NCBI RefSeq assembly: GCF_018350175.1
Contig: NC_058382.1
Location: forward strand, 54,810,001 to 54,874,000
Source: Felis catus
Taxonomy: Eukaryota
Length of the DNA: 64,000 bases
Reading direction: 5' to 3'
Part shown: positions 61,945 to 64,000 of the stretch, one piece after another
Layout: every line of letters starts with the position of its first letter
How positions within the stretch are numbered: the first letter of the stretch is position 1
Notes under the pieces: generated by a model
Told to the model about the DNA's origin: nothing
Database searches by the model: none
The model's input: the letters and a program-made list of their open reading frames with translations, nothing else
Made by a program: the position numbers and the translations under genes

Positions 61945-63169
61945 ATGGTTTTTATACTTAGTGTATCTTTTTATTTTTCCAAGTGAAAATGTATCATTTT
62001 TGTAAAAAGGAAAGTAATGGGTTTCAAGATGTTCTTGGACTGTGAGGACTTGTCACAGTGCCCCTGGTTTGTGGCCACACAGTGTGCTCACCTTGATGCT
62101 GGGCCGGCCCATCCTTTAGGCCCCCAGGAAGGACCCCGTGGGCAGTGGGAGGTGGCACAACAGTGGGGCCGGTGGTGGGGAACAGAGCCAGAGGGGCTCA
62201 GCGGCAACGGGGGAGGGCAGGCACCAGGATGGGCTCCTTCCCTGGGGCTGAGGGATGCCGTACCAGGAGAGAGGCCCCGAAGACAGGGAGGTGTGGGAAG
62301 CTGTAGAAATCCCAGGAGAGGGTGAAAACAAAGGCATACATCATTAGGGACGGAGAGAGGGATCACACAGCCTGCTTTTCAGGGGCTGGGGCAGGTGGAA
62401 CAAGAAGAAGGAGCCTCTGCAGGGATTTGACATCATAAACTCAGACGACAAGCAGACAGATGAGGAATGCTCTGTGTCCGTCAGCCGCTGGAGCGGAGAG
62501 GCCGGTCGGTGGGAGGGAGCTCTGCGGTGAGGGGTCAGGAGCTCTGAGCCTGGTTTTACCCACCTGTCTGGGCTTGGGTAAGGCTCCTTCCCTTCTCTGA
62601 ACCCCAGTCTCCCCGACCTGCAATCTTAGGTAGGTCGCCACGGCAGATTGGCGATGTCTGTCATGGCCAGAGAAATGGGCAGGGCCAGCCAGCTTTCCCA
62701 CCCTGAACCCAGATCCAGGGCTTCTGAAATGCAACAAATCCTCGGGGTAGATTTGGCTAGTTAACCTCTCAAAATCTGCTTAAGATTTTTAGCCGCCCCA
62801 CCAGAAAAGGGGGGGGGGAGATAAATACAGAAATAACCCCTTTACCTGAACGAGTGGCTCAGGACACAGCCACCTGTCATTGTGAAGCTACGTGGTCAGA
62901 GGTCGCACCGGCCAGCTTTGATCTTGGGGGTCATTGTTGTCCATGCCGAATGAGGTTCATGAGCCCCTTGTGTGCTGTTCAGGTTTAATACCTCTAAAAC
63001 TGCCCGAGTGCCTCACCAGAGTTGAGTCATGCCCCACCCGGGCCACCCGGAGGCGCTCCCTCTGAATGCCCTAGTGTGTACTCGAGGACAGTAGGGCAGA
63101 CCTGGGTGTCCCCGCCTGTCCCAAAGGAAACAGGAAGAGCCACACCCTCCGGGGCTGGGCAGTGAGGTG

Positions 63170-63620
63170 TGTTGTGGGGCGAACTAGCTGGGGGCGGGGG
63201 GCATCCCTGCAAAGTCCTAACCCCCCTGACCTCCGACTGGGTCCGGGTTTGGAAATAGCGCTGTCACAAATGTAGTAAGTTATGATGAGGTCATATGGGA
63301 GCAGGGCGGGCCCTGAATCCAATATGACTGTGTCCTTATAAAAAAAGGAATTTTGGACACAGGCATGCACGGGGAGAACGCCTTGAACGTGAAGGCAGGG
63401 ATGGGGGGGGGGATGCACTCACAAGCCAGGGAACACGAGAGACTGCCAGCAAGCCACGGGAAGCTGCGTGAACGCGGCTCCTTTCCTTAGACCTCAGAGG
63501 GCACCTGCTGACACCTTGATTTGGGGCTCCAAGCCTCCAGAGCTGGAGAGGATACATTTCTGTTGTCCAAGCTGCCCAGTTTGTGGGGCTTTGTCACGGC
63601 AGCCCCATGAGACTGACCCA
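63170..63620 (+). mobile_element. MLT1 LTR
   Basis: 'tttggaaatag...gatgaggtcata...gggccctgaatccaatatgactgtgtccttataa...gcctccagagctggagaggatacatttctgttg...tttgtcacggcagccc'. Confidence 0.87.
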
Positions 63621-64000
63621 GGTGCTGACGGACCAGGGTCCTGGCTTGGCGCCTTCTCTGGGAGACTTCCGGCAAGTTGCTTTCCTTCTTGAGCCCGGGC
63701 CTGGAACCTGAGGCTCAGGGGGGCCCGGCTGGATAAAGGGTAGCCGGATCATCAGATTCTTTACGTGGACGTTTGGGAGTGGGAGGCCCTGGGGGACTGG
63801 GGTGAGGTGGCCTTTTGGGGCCCCGTGCCAGGCACACAGGCAGGGGGCACTGGAACAGATTCCCACAGAGATGAGGGAGAAAGAGGGGAGACGGGAGGTT
63901 CTGTGCAGACCCTGCCATGACTCCCGTCCCTCCCAAGGCCTGGCTGTCCATCGTCGGCTGGGTTCTCACGTGTACATTCTTTCCACAAACCCCCTTTCCC

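Noticed and set aside
38000..64000. Exons of the downstream neighbour (CMIP in human synteny) or another gene
   Set aside because: No recognisable coding exon or promoter-type CpG island with a coding start was found. The region is dominated by repeats.

Overview
Mammalian genomic DNA, almost certainly from a felid (dense CAN-SINE/SINEC_Fc elements and a carnivore-type L1 3' end). The + strand carries exons 2-11 of GAN (gigaxonin/KLHL16, a BTB-BACK-Kelch CUL3 adaptor) from 2723 to the stop at 24628. Exon 1 lies upstream of the window. All ten exons have canonical AG/GT boundaries and join in frame without stops. With the recalled 167-nt exon 1 CDS the protein would be 597 aa. A 3'UTR follows, with a proximal AATAAA cluster (25.7-27.2 kb) and a strong distal candidate at 37818, which would give a UTR of about 13 kb. 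The rest (38-64 kb) is GC-rich, repeat-dense intergenic DNA (SINEC, MIR, L2, L1M, MLT1 LTRs, MER5) with no second gene I can support. I found no convincing new biological system. The most interesting observations are hypotheses: an open-frame retained last intron, a stop-free exon 4-7 circle flanked by inverted SINEs, two Kelch substitutions, a SINE+L1 composite, an ERV-L pol relic, a decayed ~105-bp tandem array and two CTCF-like motifs. Comparisons to human and repeat family names come from memory, not from a search. Repeat boundaries are approximate.
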